Under the pieces are notes generated by a model. It worked only from the letters and a program-made list of their open reading frames with translations, made no database searches and was not told the DNA's origin. Shown here one piece after another: positions 24,120-37,794 of a stretch of DNA of 64,000 bases (the stretch's first letter is position 1; the number at the start of each line of letters is the position of its first letter). Position numbers and translations under genes: made by a program. Source of the stretch: Octopus bimaculoides (Eukaryota); contig NC_068995.1 in NCBI RefSeq assembly GCF_001194135.2, forward strand, positions 38,492,871-38,556,870, written 5' to 3'.

Positions 24120-26790
24120 CTAAAAATTTAGGACAACGGAAACATTCTTTTACCTAAGCAAAATGGAAAGATTAATTTCAACACACTTAGGTTGGAGGGT
24201 GGTTAAGATAAAGGTGGCATAGGTACCACTAGATGTGGACAAGTCTTTGGTGGCTGTCGTATTATACGGCAAAGACAATGAAAACAAAATTGTGAGAGCA
24301 GAAAATGCCCAAGGAAAATTGCGCAGACATAGGAACAGAATTATTGATACCTGACCCAAGGTATGGAAGACATTTCTGACCTGAGCAATTTACTATTCGT
24401 AGCAGTCGAGCGCAGAATGCCGAGATGCCAGGTTGGTGGTGTGACAAACTACATTAAAAGCTCTCTGCTACAAGCAAGGAAATAGAAAAAAGGCCTCTGG
24501 TGCAGACATTTCTAACACGGCAGCACCATCATCGGAAACACCTCAAGAGGCGCAAGCACATATTAATCATGACCAAAAACAACAACGTTCCTAAAGCATT
24601 ATAAATTACAGGGCCATAGACAGAAACAAAAAGACCTTAAACAAAATTTTACAAGCATCTCTCCAAATGAATACATCGCACTCCTGCATAACATCCCTAG
24701 TGAGATAAAATTTCTAAAACAAGGCAATAAACTTATAAGAAACTGAAAGCAAAATGTCTCAAAAGAATCGGAGATTTCCTTTTGGACCGTAAATAAAAGG
24801 CTCTGCAAAGAAATGCTTGTGAAGACACTGCTCAGAAGAACAGCACCCATGTCACTCCAAAGAAACAGCGTAAATGTTTCTCTTCACTTTCCTTCCCTCT
24901 GACAAATGTAGCCTTTCTAAGAATAGGCTGTATAAATAGGCATTCTCAGATCACATTGGAAATAGAGCCCCTTAATCATTAGGTCACGAAGTATAGATGC
25001 CGCGGTTATCAGTGGAAAGATCTGGATATCAAGGTAAGGGCCATCTTCCCGTCCCAGAATGTAAATTGGTCGTGCTGGATGTGAACAGTTGAGATGGTGG
25101 CTGTTTATGCTCCGCAATGTTAGTATAAACAGTTTTTTTCAGACACCTGGAAGTTTTCCTATGAACGTCACAGGCATCAGCGCTGGAACTTCACATTTAG
25201 ACATGTGGATGTAGTTCATAATAGAGCGTAGAGTAAAATTCTTGCAAATCTACACAGACCGATTTCAACTTTCAGACAGTTGTCGACGAGATTGTGGACA
25301 TGGGCGAAAAATATCGGGTTATCTGGTTCGTATCTAGATAGAGTATTCTGTAAGCCAGTCAGTAAGGATGACACTAGTTGTCCACATTTTAAAACCGTCG
25401 AATATACAGATATAATGATTTGTGAATCTGCAGGGTCAAGCTAGATAGATTTCGTAGGCTAGGGACCCAACGACTAGAAGCTGATTATGCTACTTCCTCC
25501 GCGCCAAACTTACAGAGGCCGGAATAGTTTATTAGTTAAGCGGGAGTTGGCTGATCAATTGTCAACAACAATTGATGGTTTTCGCCGAAAAGAACAGTTA
25601 GATCAGAATCCATTAGACTTAGAATGTCATTAACGAAGGAAGCAAACAGAATGGAAGGAAACATAAAGTTTAGAAGAAGCACTTATAAAAGATATTGCAA
25701 CAGTCCAGCAAGCGGTAAGATTGGTCATCGACCAATCCATCAACGTTAAAGAGGTAGGATTCATTGTGGGAGCTAAGGCGCATGCCCTAACAAACGAGGC
25801 ACCGAAAGCTGCTCTATGGTCCCGTGTGACAACAAAGCCACAATAAATTCTTTAGGGAACCAAAACAGGCTCGTAGTACTCGAACCCGACCGGATATATG
25901 CGAGATTTGGGCAGCATTTCGCCCGAACGTTGGACGAATGGCAGACCAGAACGCATATCGGACTTCAATGCTTATATTGACGGCATGCCACGACAACCGG
26001 TAAGGGAGGCAGAGGTTGTAAGTTGTCAGTGAGACCAGCGGAAATGGGGGATGTGATGATGGGATGCACTGTTTGGATGGTCTATTCTGCGAGCATTACC
26101 TTTATATGCTCGATTTGTTTGGTAGCCTCTTAGCAAATACCTACCGCAGCTGACATCCGAACGGTAGAAAGGACCCAGACAAAGGGGATCAAATATAACA
26201 ATTTTTGTCTCAACCCTGTTGAAAGCAGATTTCAAACTTTTGGCCGAGAAATTAGCAAAGAGGTTGGTGCTGGTTGTCAAGGAAATGATTGGTGATACTC
26301 AAACATGCGCCATCCCAAGCATGTCTGTTCAAGACAATTTCCACCTAATTCGATACATAAATATGATGGGTAAATAAAATATCATGAGTAGGAACCTGAT
26401 GAATTTGGATCAATTAAAAGCATTCGATAGTGTTGGCTACCAATGCTTGGTAGCCCTCGATAGTGTTGACTACCAATACTTGGCTGTTGTTTTCGGCTCT
26501 GTTTTCCGTAGCTGGATTATCGTAATATACAGGGATATATTCTCAGTAGTTCAGATGAATGGTTAGTTATAGGAACCATTCAGCATCATGCAGTCGGTCC
26601 TTCAAGAGTGCTTCTATTTCGTATCTTCTCTATGTACTAGCACTTGAACCACTAATGCCGAAACCAGAGACGATGAGAGGCATCCCACGTGAAGAAAGAC
26701 CTTGGTGGACTGTGTCGGCCTATGCAGAAGTCGCTACCGTCATAGTCTCGATCATCAGGCTCATAGGTCTGATAAGCAATCTTCTAAATA
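24120..26790 (+). mobile_element. Tx1-like (L1 clade) LINE remnant: tentative ORF1 (24120-24900), APE endonuclease and RT
   Basis: KLVVLDV/VAVYAP, SYLDRV, RKDPDKGDQI, ADFKLLAEKLAKRL, QTCAIP..DNFHLIRY, NLDQLKAFD, LLYVLALEPL, VSAYAEV; the ORF1 assignment is weak. Confidence 0.82.
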
Positions 26791-27620
26791 CGTGACGGTT
26801 GGAGAAGCAAAAATGAAGTAAGAAAAGTCAGTGGGCCTGCTGTTCTGTACTTGAATAGGCAGGTCGATGTCATTCAATAATGTGGAACGATGGATAGTGG
26901 GACAGATTAAATTCTCTCGCAGAAATGGGCCGAAAGTTCCCTGGCCGTTTTGTTCGACAGCCTTTCGTAACTGCCTCAACAAGTTGGCATAGTGCTGTGC
27001 ATTGATAGTGTAAAACTTTTGATGATAGTCGATGAACACAATGTCGATACGCATCCATTTTACATCAGCTTCCCTACTGATGAAACAAATTTGGACTCAT
27101 TTGGAGTAGGTTCGGATGGGTTACTTCCCCTGAAAAGATTGTTTCTTTGTCTTTGGATCAAAGTGATGAACGCGACATTCATCATGATTTAAGAAGAGTT
27201 GAAAGAAACAGCCTGGTTCACTTTTGATAAGCTGCCAGAAGACATGTCACCACAGAGAATAAAGCTTCATAATGCCAAGTGCATTGTGCAGAATATCCTC
27301 AACTCTTTCACATGATATGCTAATAGCATTGGCTTTTTGATTTATAGTCAATCGCCATGTGGTGAACATGATCAATGTTTACTCCGGTGGTATCAGTCGT
27401 AGGACATCAAGGCCTTGGGTAATCTTCAAAACTCTAATAAGCTCAGCTACCAACTTTTGCACTGTTGATATAGCTGGTACATCGTCCCCTAATGCAGGAA
27501 CCATATCAGCATGAATGTCATTGGGGCCTTAACCCTTTCTCTGCTGGTACTAATAAGACTACCACGCCAAATTTTGTTGAGTTTCAAAAGAAATCATTAA
27601 TAGTAATTTTCGAGGTCTTA
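26790..27620 (-). mobile_element. Mariner transposase remnant truncating the Tx1 element
   Basis: VEDILHNALG, HDECRVHHFDPKTKKQS, SVGKLM, IVFIDY..INAQHYANLLRQLRKA. Confidence 0.85.
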
Positions 27621-28587
27621 GAACAGTCAGATGTCAGTTTACCTGGGAGGAAACACTGTTGTTATTAATGAGACGAAAGGAACGTAATGCATGCAAGATT
27701 TTACAGCTGTAGCATCACTACTCCACAGTTAATGTATGGACTTTTCATACCACCATCTTATTGATGATAACATTTGACCCTTTGTCAACAGCAAACGTAT
27801 GATCAAACCAGTAACAATATTTACGCACTATATCACATGCATAGAGGTACACAAGAATAAATACATTATATACAGGCACACACACATAATTATGAAAAAT
27901 CTAACACGCACACTTGTACAGACGCGCGAGCGCGCACACATACACACATGCACTTGCACATATATAATATATACGTTTATATCACAAACGAGATATTATG
28001 GTATTTGTATAATAAATACATACACACAAGTAATTCGAAACAAAATACAGATATTTACGGCAATACAGCTGAAATAATTTCAAACAAATTGATAACATTT
28101 TTTTCTGCCTACGTGCAAATTTGTTATGAATATAATCGTTATAAAGTACATACGCAAATGACTAAATTGTTAAATTCATAAATTTCAAAAGATTTACTAA
28201 AATCCCTATTAATATATTGGCATTGAACAAGAACAGCGATTACGCGAACATATCTTCGTTGATCATAGCACGTAAAATGTATCGTTTACTTAAAAATAAA
28301 ATTGAAGGGCATGTGGAGTACTTTCAATTTTCTAATTAAAATATATATGTTAAACAGGTTTTACGATGTTAATTTTGTGATATGTTATTAATGGTGCTTC
28401 GGTGATTCAGAGCAAATATNNNNNNNNNNNNNNNNNNNNNNNNNNNNNNNNNNNNNNNNNNNNNNNNNNNNNNNNNNNNNNNNNNNNNNNNNNNNNNNNN
28501 NNNNNNNNNNNNNNNNNNNNNNNNNNNNNNNNNNNNNNNNNNNNNNNNNNNNNNNNNNNNNNNNNNNNNNNNNNNNNNNNNNNNNNN

Positions 28588-28633
<46 letters not shown>

Positions 28634-29194
28634 GAAACAATTTATATATAATGGGCATTACATATATTTCTGTATTGGAGTAAATTCTGCTTAGAGCAGT
28701 TGCCAGTAATCTTCATACGTTTGTTACAGATAGGTCTACACAGTTAGTCAATTGATAAGTTGAGAAAAGTTGAACGACCTATAGAATTAAGGTTATATTC
28801 GCCAGAGTCATTTCTGGTTATAACAAGACAGAACACTGAAGATATGGTAGATGCATGGGGAAGCGGCGGGGGAAAGGCATAGGGAAAAAAGATAAATTGT
28901 GAAGGAGAAGAGAAGTGATGATTTGGAAGGAAGGGGGGACCAAAGTAAAGAGGAAGAAAGAAAACAATAAAAGAAGGGATACAAAGAATAGAAGAGGGGA
29001 CGAATTCTATAGGAGAAAGGAGATAGTATGTCCGAAAGTATTTGTATTGTTTTTAGGTTTCATATTCTCCAAATATTGTGTTGAAATTTGATATGGGCCC
29101 CTTACACACATGGTCATCTTGATCTTTTAATATTTGGTCATTTGTGCTATCATGCATATTACCATTTCTCTTTTGTCCTGTATTCGTTTCATTC

Positions 29195-29345
29195 ATTAGA
29201 GTGAGGCCATGCTGAGGCACCGCCTTGAAGGAGTGGTACATATTTTATCGTTCTATTGCCGAACAGTGACGTAAACACACCAATACCGGTTGTCAAGAGG
29301 TGGTGGTGTTGGTGGTTGACAAAACCACACACACATACGACCATA
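29195..29345 (-). mobile_element. SINE family B fragment
   Basis: GCCATGCTGAGGCACCGCCTT...TGCCGAAC..GACGTAAACACACCAATACCGGTTGTCAAG is the reverse complement of family B. Confidence 0.7.
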
Positions 29346-29399
29346 TATATATATATTGTGTTGGTGTGTGGGGGGGTCAAGTTAGTCTCATTAACTGTG

Positions 29400-31090
29400 G
29401 TGAGGGCAACTCTTCTAAGAGAGGGATACTCTGGCATAAAACCAGGTCATATTAATGACAGTCCCTTAACTGGCTGCACTCTCAAAGTCATGAGTGTCGA
29501 TGGGGTTAGACTGGGCTCCTGTTTTGAAAACAAAGCCGTGATTAAGACAACCATTGTAGGAGAATACAGCTCTGAATTCAAATTGACTTAACACTGCTGG
29601 CTTGCAGTATACTTTTGAGGAAAAGCCTAGGAGAAGGTACTCCGATATAAAACCTGCAGTCAACTCAGTACTAGTCATCTTGTTTTGCTTGTCACTGGAA
29701 TCTACTATTTTGACCCGAGGTCAAAATGTTGCACAAGCATTTGTCACTGAAATCCAATGAAGTACAGATATCCCTGACAAACTCTATCATCGTACAATCA
29801 TCAGTTTTCAAAAGTCGTATGGCGACAGAAGCGTGGCGACAGAAGCGTGGCAACGTATGCAGACTTGACCTGCTGGAAGGTCGCAGTTAAAATCTGCACA
29901 TAAGACGGCAAGGTTCTTATATTAACATCGGTAACATGTCTTCATAGACAGGAACTGTTTTTGGCGGAAAATCCTGTTTGTGAGCAGTCCTTTTAAGGAG
30001 AGCACTACTCACCTGTATTTACTAGGAATATGCTAGAAATGGTGCACTAAAAATTGTATGTCCCCTCTCTGCTGGTTAGTTTACTGTGGCTAGCGGTAAT
30101 TCAATTTAGCAGGAATAAACAAAGAATTGATATACACAATGATAACAAATATGCCAGGAGTAAGGTTTCTCTTGATTTGGCCTGTTGGAATGTGAGAACT
30201 CTTTCAGATCGAGCAGATATGCCTGAAAGAAGAACAGCTCTAGCAACTAAGATCTAAGGCGTCGTAATGTGGATATTGTAACACTTTCTGAAACACGATG
30301 TTCAGATGAAGATCATCTTGTCGTAAAAGCGACAGGTTTCACATTATTCTGGGTTGAGAAGACGAAGGGAGAGAAAAAGGAAAGTGATGTTGGGTTTGCA
30401 ATTAGAAATGATTTACTAAAAGAACTAAAACACCCACAAAGCATAAATACACGCATAATGACATTCCTGATCCCTCTTTCTTGAGGGCGTTTTGTAACTG
30501 TTTTGCAGATCTTTTCCACAATCCGTCTGTTATCAAAATGGATATCATAAGGAACATTCCGCAAAGAGAGATACTGCAACACATGCATCACTGGTTACCG
30601 TGTCAACTGCCTTAGTTAACCTATGAAGACCTGGTACACTGGCATTTGTCTCTCGAAGCATTTCTCTTGAACCTGCCTCACAGAAAATATCATCTCCATT
30701 GTTTCTCGCTCATGTCTGATTCCACACCGTTCTTCAGGAATCACACGTGGACACACAGTCTCAAAAAGGCGATCTAACATGATCCTTGAAAGTATCTTCC
30801 CGGTATGTGCCAGTAGAGTTAACCATTTAGAATTACCACACACTGCTTTTGGGCCCTTACCTTTGTATACAGAGATTAGAATGCCATTTATCCATTCCTG
30901 TGTCACAGAAAATTCATTCCAAACTCAATTTATCGGGTTATGAATTTCAGATGAAATATGATTCCCACTTGATTTCAGAACATGATATTTTCTGTAATGT
31001 AGGTTCAAGAGAAATGCTTAGAGGGAGAAATGCCAGTACACCAGGTCTTCATTGATTAACTAAGGCATTTGACACGGTAACCAGGGAGGT
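29400..31090 (+). mobile_element. RTE (BovB-like) LINE remnant: 5' UTR, APE endonuclease and start of RT, with an internal inversion
   Basis: LACWNVRTL, DIVTLSETR, VGFAIRN, FADLFHNPS (plus); YKGKG..LLAHTGKILSRIMLDRL..MIFSVRQVQEKC (minus, 30616-30906); KAFDTV (plus, about 31060). Confidence 0.88.
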
Positions 31091-31924
31091 ATATATATAT
31101 ATATATATATATATATNNNNNNNNNNNNNNNNNNNNNNNNNNNNNNNNNNNNNNNNNNNNNNNNNNNNNNNNNNNNNNNNNNNNNNNNNNNNNNNNNNNN
31201 NNNNNNNNNNNNNNNNNNNNNNNNNNNNNNNNNNNNNNNNNNNNNNNNNNNNNNNNNNNNNNNNNNNNNNNNNNNNNNNNNNNNNNNNNNNNNNNNNNNN
31301 NNNNNNNNNNNCCTACTTTTCTCTACTTGCGCTACATTCTGTTTCTGCTGTCTGGAATATTGAATAATAAAATTTTAAATCATATATTTTCGTTTTCTTT
31401 TTCAAGTAATTTCCTTGTTCTATTCGAATGAAATATTCAATGCTTGTTTCACATAAAAAAGATAGAAATATCAAAATACATCTGTAATACATAATATTTT
31501 GGATCTGAATTAGTATTTATGTATATTTTTATATTTGTAAAACTGTTTCAAAATCGGGTCAAAATTAAATGTTGAACACTCAACCGCTACTCTAAGTCTA
31601 CATTCATGCATCGATGTCAGAAGCCAATACAAACTGCATTTCCGATGATGATGGCGCTGTTGGAAATATAACAATTTATCCGCAAAATCTACGGTTCAGG
31701 ACTTCTTAATTGAGGTTTGTTTTCGGTACTCGACAATTAGTGCTGTGACGTACATAGCACAAATTTTTATTCACCACTAAAAAGAGAACTATATTTATAA
31801 TATATGTATTTTTTGTGTATATGTGTGTATGTACGTATGTATGCATTTGAAAAAAAAAATTATAAATCTATACAAATCAGATTATGATATATAAAGGATT
31901 GAGTTGGAAACAGTACGAGATAAA

Positions 31925-32260
31925 TCTAAGACATTCACATTTAGAAATAATTTAATAAAATGATTTAAAAATTATATAACAAAATTATAAACTCTCACCG
32001 GTTTTGACGATGAATTTCATATTAACAAATATTAATCAAAATTTATAAAAAGTAAAAACAATGTCTCATCTGTTTGGCGGTCAAAACATCCCTGGAGATT
32101 TCTTTTTATAGAAGTCTTATTTAAATATGGTTTGGTATAAAGTCCAAAGTGTCAAACACATAGAGAATGGGTGTAGTTGTGTATTGTCTGAAAAATCCAT
32201 ATAGGCTCCTGCCGAGAGAGTGACTTAAAAGCATTTACTGAATGGAGCATATGTCTAAAT

Positions 32261-32301
<41 letters not shown>

Positions 32302-32762
32302 TGTGGGTGTGGGTGTGTAAGTGTGTGTGTGTTGTGAACGATCTTAAAGTATGTTGGAAATATGACCACCTGTGTTAATGGGTTTGTATGTTGTGATGAA
32401 TGTCTTGTTAAGAAACGAATTAAGGTTTTCCTTCTTTTTTGTGTATGTGGGTGTGAAGTGTGATGATTTTTTTTTCTGAGTGTCTCCAAATGTGTGTATG
32501 TATGTGTATTTGTGTGTGTGATGTTTTCTTTTGTGTTTCTCCAAGTGTGAGTTGGTGTTTGTAATTGTTTTTGTTCTCTTGCGATGTCTTTTTTTTCTGT
32601 GTATGTGTGTGTACGTGCGAGTGTGTTTCATGGTATGTTTATAATTTTCTATTAATATTTGATAAGATGAAATTCATCATCAAAACCGATAATATCTTAT
32701 ACTCGATTTATATAACCTTTAAGTCATTTTATAAATATCTTTCTCAATTGAAATGTCTTGGT
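31925..32762. repeat. Element bounded by ~120-bp imperfect inverted repeats with a TG-rich core
   Basis: CGGTTTTGACGATGAATTTCATATTAACAAATATTAAT (about 32000) is the inverse of ATTAATATTTGATAAGATGAAATTCATCATCAAAACCG (about 32652-32689); arms 31925-32045 and 32641-32762. Confidence 0.7.
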
Positions 32763-33166
32763 TTCAACTCCACATCTTATACACACACATACACACATAC
32801 ATGCATGCACGCATACACACACACACATAACTTTTTGAAGGGTACAAATACTTCTTAAATAGATGTTAGCATCCAGGTGCCCCGCTTTTATCCAGTGTAT
32901 CAGTGAAAAACTAAAAGATGTTACTTTCACATTGATGGATATAGTTATATTAACAATTAAAAATTAGAAAATGGTGAAAATGTTCTGTCCATGACGAAAT
33001 GTTCAATTAACTATATTCAATAAGAATCTCTAAATTAATGTCCCTAATTTGAATTACTTGGGCATGGAAACAGTTGTAGGATCTGTTACATTGATATTGT
33101 TGGAAATTGGATTTCTTTCAATAAATTTTCGCATATCAATTTCCCCATGTTCTTTTTCATATATCC

Positions 33167-33252
<86 letters not shown>
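33167..33252. repeat. (TCTA)n (GATA-type) tetranucleotide microsatellite
   Basis: Direct reading. Confidence 0.97.
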
Positions 33253-33519
33253 ATGTATGTATGTATATATAAATATATATATATATATATGTATGTATGT
33301 ATATATAAATATATNNNNNNNNNNNNNNNNNNNNNNNNNNNNNNNNNNNNNNNNNNNNNNNNNNNNNNNNNNNNNNNNNNNNNNNNNNNNNNNNNNNNNN
33401 NNNNNNNNNNNNNNNNNNNNNNNNNNNNNNNNNNNNNNNNTATATATATATATATATATACATATATACATACATACACATATATGTGTGCGTGTGTGTG
33501 TGTGTGTGTGTCTGTATAT

Positions 33520-35737
33520 AGGATTAGTTGGGAAAAAATAGAGATGAGAATGCAAGACGTGCATTTTAAGGGACATTCGGCATCCCATTCTTTCATATGC
33601 TGTTTGAATGTTGTTTATTAAATCAGCATAATTTTCAGCTCTGTGATTTCCAAGAAAGTTCTGTACAACTTACATGAAGGAACTCCATGCCGTGAACTCA
33701 ACTAGATTCAGTTTACCTCTGAATTTCCTCTCAGACATCAGGTCCAATGAAAATGTCTGCTTTCAGTTTTGCGTCTCTACACCAAATTTTACTTTTAGTT
33801 ACTGAAAGCCACAACCATCGTGCGTCATTGCTTTTACGAAGTTTTTCATGCGTGGAAGGAAGATCTTTTGCAGGTCTACCATTGGCATATGCTGCACCTT
33901 GTACTGACTAACTATGCGCTCATCGCTTTTAGGCCTGACTTTTATAGTGTAATGATTACTGTCGTCGCGGCTGTTCCAAACATACAAGAAGCACATGTTT
34001 TTGGTATATCTCAGATGCAGTTCTAGGAGGAGGGAAATCGCCTTTAAATCAACACATCACCACAAATATTCTCACTTATGAACTGAGTAATTAACTCCTT
34101 GCAGAATGAGTTCCATAGATTCATAAGTTCCTTCCATATCGACAAACGGATCCACAGAAATGGCAGTTTTTTTCATTACCATTATGTAATAACAGATCTT
34201 TGAGGTTAACATTGTGTGTTGGCACTCCGTCGCTTACGACATCGAGGGTTCCAATTGATCCGATCAACGGATCAGCTTGCTCGTGAAATTAATGTGCAAG
34301 TGTCTGAGCACTCCACAGACACGTGTACCCTTAACGTAGTTCTCAGGGATATTCAGCGTGACAGTGTGACAAGGCAGACCCTTTGAATTACAGGCACAAC
34401 AGAATCAGGAAGTAAGAGTGAGAGAAAGTTGTGGGGAAAGAATACAGCAGGGTTCGCCACCATCCCCTGCCGTAGCCTTGTGGAGCTTTAGGTGTTTTCG
34501 CTCAATAAACACTCACAAAGCCCGGTCTGGGAATCGAAACCGCGATCCTATGACCGCGTGTCCGCTGCCCTAACCACTGGGCCATTGCGCCTCCACTGGT
34601 TAACATTACTTAAGTCTATAAATAATCTCCATTCGTTAGTCGTATGCTCGTGTCCTAGTTTTTGCAAGACTGCATTAACATCAGTACAGAAACAAGCTAT
34701 ATTTTCTTGCTTCAAAAAGATAGATAAGCCTTTATGGCGAGAACGGAAAATGGAAATTTTCGTATCTTGCTGTGGGAGATTCCGTTGCTGTAGTCTAGAT
34801 CCCAGACTTTTGCCTTCTCCTTTGACAATGCTAGATCTCTTACTAAATTGTTCATATCTTCATGATTAAACAAGCGTTGCTCATTTTTCTTAGAATCAAC
34901 TGCGTACCTTTCATCGATAGGAGATTCGTGGCTTCATCCTGCGACGTGCCAAGGTCTTCAAATGAATCATGTGAATGAGGAATTGGGACAAGTTTCTCTA
35001 AGTCATGAGGGACTGAGTTTAGAGCCGACTAAAAGTCTGCGTACACAATTTTTGCTTTGGTTTTCTTTGAAAAACCAATATTATTAGTCATGCAAAAGTA
35101 ATAATCAGAGATATGATTGATTGGCTCACACCATAACATTGGTACAGCAAAAGGCATTCCCTTCCTTTCCATTCAGCCACTGGGTAAGCCCTGAGTAAAC
35201 ACACAGTGCAGCATATATGAGGTACCCACTTCTTGTTTTGGTCCCCAAATTTACACCCGAATTAATATTTATAGGCAAATTTTTATTTGGTGGCAATGTT
35301 CTTCTGCTGGTTACTCGGGGAAAATTTCCTATTCGTAATCTAACACAATGAACGCAGTTAAATGACTAATCACGCAGAGCGGGAGATACACGTACAACAC
35401 ATACGGCAGAGCAAGCGACACATAAAAGTATCATGAACAAACTGATGTATTGGGCGCTTGCACACAATACGTCAGCACCATTTATTGCTAAAGGAATAAG
35501 GAAGGTTCTCATCGTTTGTTTTATTGCTGTTATTTATTTAATTTTGAGTGAAGACCGCTTTCATTTTAGCAAATTTTATAATACGGCCTACATCTAGCTG
35601 TAATATAGTTAGAATCTTGCGCAAGCGCATAGCTCGGGATCCTAGTACAATTCTGAGTACAGATTCGGAATCAGCACCCTCGATTTAGTCTAAAACACGT
35701 GCTTTTACTCCAGAAACAAAATCTTTGTTGCCAAGTG
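33520..35737 (-). mobile_element. Chapaev3-like (CMC superfamily) DNA transposon, near-complete decayed transposase
   Basis: GDQNKKWVPHICC, MPFAVPMLWCEPINH..YFC, NLVRDLALSKEKA, EWRLFID, LLHNGN, CFLYVWNSR, MKNFVKAM, VVQNFLGNHRA, MGCRMSLKMHVLHSHLYFFP; 5' terminus CACTTGGCAACAAA at 35737. Confidence 0.9.
34214..34597 (-). mobile_element. tRNA-derived SINE (family C-like head) inserted in Chapaev3 with a 10-bp TSD
   Basis: Head GGAGGCGCAATGGCCCAGTGGTTAGGGCAGCGGAC..GGTTTCGATTCCC; GGTTAACATT at 34204-34213 and 34598-34607. Confidence 0.9.
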
Positions 35738-36124
35738 CTATCTGATGTGCTTTCACAAAGGGAAAAAGATCGAGATTCGGAGAAAACGAAAACGTCCTAC
35801 CAATTTGAGGACTATGGAGATATTTACATAACATTTAATTATTTTTTAAAAAATTTAATAGTTTTTCTCCTTAATCAATAGCCACCATTGTTATACTTTC
35901 AGTTGAACAAGTCGAACACACTGAAATCGGTACTAACCGTTGCAAAATATATTTCATGACAAAATAATTTCAGCATTTACTACCTGGATTTAATTTTCTT
36001 ATACATACCAACACGCACGCACGTACGCACGCACGCACACAGACACACGCACACACACAAACACACATATACACAGACAGGCATACACACATATATATAT
36101 ATATAGATGTATACACATATGCTT

Positions 36125-36172
<48 letters not shown>

Positions 36173-37794
36173 ACGTATACATATATGTAGATACACATAC
36201 ATACATATATGTGTGCGTGTGCGTGCGTGTGTGTGTGTGTGTGTGTGTTAACATGCATGCACAGTGAATATATATCAATGTGTGTTCACATATGTATATA
36301 TATGTAGAGCGCATTACACAAGCTTTTTAGATTGTGCCGAAAAGAATGGATGAACAACCCGTAGAAATAATACCTAAAATTTTGAAACGTAACTAGACTT
36401 TACGATAACTTTATTCACACCTAAAAGATATTGACTATATGACGTTTCCATGATGGATAGACATGCAATTTTGAAAACTATTATCGTTGGGGTATGCAAT
36501 ACGACAATCGTTTTGCCTTGAATTAGTAATATATTATCATGTGTTTTCTTTGAGAATGGAATAAAGCCCAACCTGAACAGTTATCACTTTTGAAACTGCT
36601 TTGAACATTCTTTCAGCAAACGGCTGCGCTTAACGATTACCACCAATGTGATATAAACTAATTCCAGTCAGCTCGTAATTATTGAAAAATGTTCTAAGGA
36701 AAAAGAAAATCCTATACCTACTTAAAACTACAAATATTTACATCTGTATATTACAGAAATAATCTTTATTGACACACATAGCAAAATAAATTTGCATATC
36801 ACACTATTGTTTCATGTGGCAAATATAAGCACATACATTTATAATGATCATATGATAGAAACTTCTTCATGTAAACAACCACCAATCGAGTGAAGATACT
36901 TTAAAAGCTATCAGAACATCGGATATTCTACAAAGTTACAAATAAGAAGTCGGCTTAACTGAGTTCTAATCAAAATGTTGTCATACGGTTGTGTAATAGC
37001 CTGAGTGATGTATGTTACTGAGATTAAAAATTAAGTAGATCTGAATGCTAGAGGGAAATTAAGATAAATAAAACTGGCATATACCTCACGTTTACATATA
37101 TCGTTTAACCTGAAGGTGATTTTGCAAATGAAAAAGAATATTGTAATCGATTCAGATAAATTCATGAAAACGCATAATATACAATCTTTTGTCTTCGACG
37201 GTACGTTCATTCATCAAATATACAAGGAAATAACATTAAATATTCTACTATAATTCATCATTACAATCCACTTTGTTTATAACCTTATAACCATTAATGT
37301 TGTAAGACTTTGACATCAATGCAGGTGCTCCTGCAAATATATGTCGCTAATGTCTTCTCAAATGTTATACATACCATACAGCACGGCCTACATTGGCCAT
37401 CAGCACAATTCTTATATTACATATTCTACACTATATTTCTCTACTTGCGCTACATTCTCTTTCAATACATATACAAACATAATATATATATATATANNNN
37501 NNNNNNNNNNNNNNNNNNNNNNNNNNNNNNNNNNNNNNNNNNNNNNNNNNNNNNNNNNNNNNNNNNNNNNNNNNNNNNNNNNNNNNNNNNNNNNNNNNNN
37601 NNNNNNNNNNNNNNNNNNNNNNNNNNNNNNNNNNNNNNNNNNNNNNNNNNNNNNNNNNNNNNNNNNNNNNNNNNNNNNNNNNNNNNNNNNNNNNNNNNNN
37701 NNNNNNNNNNNNNNNNNNNNNNNNNNNATATATATATATATGTATATGCATGCATGTATGTATAAAAGATGACGGTGGAACCAGCACAGAAGTA

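Noticed and set aside
23880-24120. Thr/Ala/Gln-rich ORF
   Set aside because: Degenerate (ACA/GCA)n low-complexity tract, possibly part of the Tx1 5' region
31995-32025. Minus-strand ATG AAA TTC ATC GTC AAA ACC G|GTGAGA as a tiny first exon
   Set aside because: It lies within the inverted-repeat arm, and the two other copies lack the GT donor
34520-34597. tRNA-like sequence (also 18668-18745 and 4909-4995)
   Set aside because: A and B boxes are present but I see no complete cloverleaf, and each continues into a SINE body
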